A stretch of 64,000 bases of DNA from positions 124,001 through 188,000 of the forward strand of contig MU008201.1 in NCBI GenBank assembly GCA_010909165.1, written 5' to 3'. The DNA is from Anthoceros angustus (Eukaryota; Plantae; Anthocerotophyta). This document shows positions 62,000-64,000 of the stretch, piece after piece (within the stretch, counting starts at the first letter, position 1; every line of letters starts with the position of its first letter). The notes beneath the pieces are model-generated. The model had not been told where the DNA came from. It ran no database searches and saw nothing but the letters and a program-made list of their open reading frames with translations. The position numbers and the translations under genes are program-made.

Positions 62000-62935
62000 T
62001 ATGTAGAAAGAAAAGAGATGGAAAAAACACTATCTACACAAAGGGGTCAACCCAACAAAGGGCACCATGCCAAGGGGGACTAACTCCCGCGATAGCTTTT
62101 CTCAAAAATCTACTACTGCCCTAAGAATCTCATGATCGGGGATAAGAAAGGGCCTACCTACCACAGGCGCCGAAGAAGCCGTCTCCCCTGCGCTAGTCGC
62201 CATCCTATATACCGTGTTCGCCAACGCCTTATAGACAAATACGAACATCAACAGGTGCCGGGCCAAGTTGTGGGGGCGAGGGTCCGTGATAAAGATTTGT
62301 TGATAAAGAACATCAACAGGTGCCGGGCCAAGTTGTGGGGGCGAGGGTCCGTGATAAAGATTTGTTGATAAAGAACATCAACAGGTGCCGGGCCAAGTTG
62401 TGGGGGCGAGGGTCGGTGATAAAGATTTGTTGATAAAGAAACAAATACGGACACCCGTTGCCTGAAGAAAGACACAATACAAGAAAGAGGAGACCAACCC
62501 CATTCCTGCGATCGTGGTAAGCCTTAGCACAGGCCTTGAGGAACTTCGAGAAGTCCCGACCTATGGCCCTGTGAGTCTCGATGGCGAGGGGGATAAAAGT
62601 GTGGCCGTTATGCATAGGAGAGTACTTGTGGACCTTGGCTGTCATGCAGCCTTCCACCGCCCAACTCGGGGGGTTGAGAATAACATGCTCATAGACACCG
62701 TTACGGGTGGGGTCCGTTACAACTGCAATGGTGTGTCTCTTAAGGCTAACCTTTTCTTGACCCGGGAACCAGGTTTATGTGGCTGGCAAAAAAATCGCCC
62801 TCCTTGGCCACCAAGAACATGACGTCCCGGATGGCGTCATGCGTAGCATTGCGCTGCTCATACAGTGGGCCAGATGGGCCCAGGGTCATCGAGGGAAGCC
62901 CCACAGTTGCAAGTAGAGAGAGAATAGGCATGGGT
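62000..62935 (-). mobile_element. 5'-truncated RLE-type non-LTR retrotransposon 3' end, copy 1
   Basis: THDAIRDV (RHDxxRD after the zinc knuckle), VTDPTR, AKVHKYS..HTFIPLAIETHRAIG, FRQRVSVFVYKALA: restriction-like endonuclease motifs of R2/NeSL/CRE-type elements. Confidence 0.75.
62243..62437. repeat. Three tandem 65-bp units inserted in the retroelement, flanked by a 9-bp direct repeat
   Basis: GAACATCAACAGGTGCCGGGCC...GATTTGTTGATAAA at 62243, 62308 and 62373 (one mismatch); ACAAATACG at 62235-62243 and 62441-62449. Confidence 0.97.
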
Positions 62936-64000
62936 GATTTTATTGAGGTGAAAAAACGATGGGAAAAGCCCATCTAGGAGGGGACAACCAAAGGAGACCA
63001 GGGGTCGAGGTGAAGAGGAGCAAATAAGCTCCCTACCTAAAGTCACCCATCGCACCCACAATGTCATATGCGTGAAGAATAAACGGCCCGCAAACCACGG
63101 AGGTAGAGGAAGATGCGCCACCCACCGCCGCCGCCTTGTGGAGGATCGCTGAGAGCGCCCGCTGAAGGGCAATTGAAACCCGCTGTCGGAAGTATGCCGT
63201 GAAGTACGAGAGGGACAGCCCCGCACCGTGGTTCACGCAGCATGGTAAGCCGGCACAAGTGACTTGACAAATTTGTCAAAGTCCTCACCATTGCCCCATA
63301 CGCTTCTAGTGCAAGCGAATAAAGAGGTGGCCCGCTTGCATCCTCGCTATATTTGCGACCTTGAGAGCCGCCCAGCAGCCAACCCGGACTGCTAGTGATG
63401 ACCGAGCGAGATGGTGTCCGTGTAGGATCGTAACCACCACATCCGCCATCAAACCTCGTCGCCACGGACAAGGCATCACCGATTGAACGATTGACGGAGA
63501 GTATACATCCGCCTCCTCCATGCCATGTAGCCGCCGCGGCGATGGCGAACATGACATCGCTGGATGGCGCCGTGAGTGGCAATGCGATGACCGGGGACAA
63601 CGAGCAAGGTGTACCCTGTAATCATCGAGGCGAGCCGCACTCGCAAGTAAGGAGCGAAGAAGCCACGGAAGCGAGCCAAGACAGTAATCGCATCGCAGAG
63701 TGAAGGTGGTTGCGCGATGTGAAACCCCGTATGCATGGGCGGCCACAGCCAAGCACCGCGCCTTCCTGCAACAAGAGCGAGCCGCCGCCTTGTGGACCCG
63801 GGATGGAGGGGTCCCGGAGGGCGATCGAAAGCCCGCCGAGCCGCTCGAAAGTAGATGCTCGCAACCCCTCGAAACCATCGAATAAATGTCGAGAAAGGAG
63901 GGAAGTCCTTCCGAGCATCCACCGATAACATGTCCCTAGCTTGCCTCAAGGACGCTTGAGAGAAGGTTCCCTCCTCCACACTGACACGAGATCCTCCGTA
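62936..64000 (-). mobile_element. RLE-type non-LTR retrotransposon, copy 2 (runs off the window), degenerate
   Basis: RRLALVAGRRGAWL (RLxSxxGxxAGAWL), LRVRL, ADVVVTILH, SLALEAYGA, YFRQRVSIALQRALSAI; 3' UTR with AATAAA at ~62938-62943 abutting copy 1. Confidence 0.75.

Noticed and set aside
62243-62437. CRISPR-like array (65-bp repeats)
   Set aside because: No unique spacers and no cas genes.

Overview
Eukaryotic land-plant genomic DNA. It is gene-dense with introns of roughly 70-150 bp, which suggests a non-seed plant such as a hornwort or lycophyte (inference). Host genes, left to right: eS4/RPS4 (5' end just outside the window), an ABCA2/9-type half-size ABC transporter, a probably degenerate neprosin gene, an intronless F-box gene and two intact LURP-one-related (LOR) genes. 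After the central block come a truncated third LOR copy, a single-domain Gnk2/DUF26 secreted protein, a Di19 zinc-finger gene with a U12 AT-AC intron, a PLAA/Doa1-type WD40 gene that lacks PFU/PUL and can be spliced in frame into Di19, and KNL2/Mis18BP1 (SANTA + CENPC-k) with a 12x15-aa repeat insert. The centre (about 18.54-50.27 kb) is one ~31.7-kb block bracketed by a perfect 27-bp inverted repeat. It holds two different, divergently oriented, frameshifted and tandemly amplified CACTA/CMC Tnp2 transposase remnants, an RPA70-C-like OB-fold ORF and CATG-rich inverted modules. Copia, possible L1 and RLE-type non-LTR remnants lie in the flanks. Unique genes have clean ORFs, whereas repeat copies differ by dense 1-3-bp indels. 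Part of the repeat degeneracy and copy number may therefore be long-read assembly error. All family assignments come from motif recognition by eye; no database search was run.
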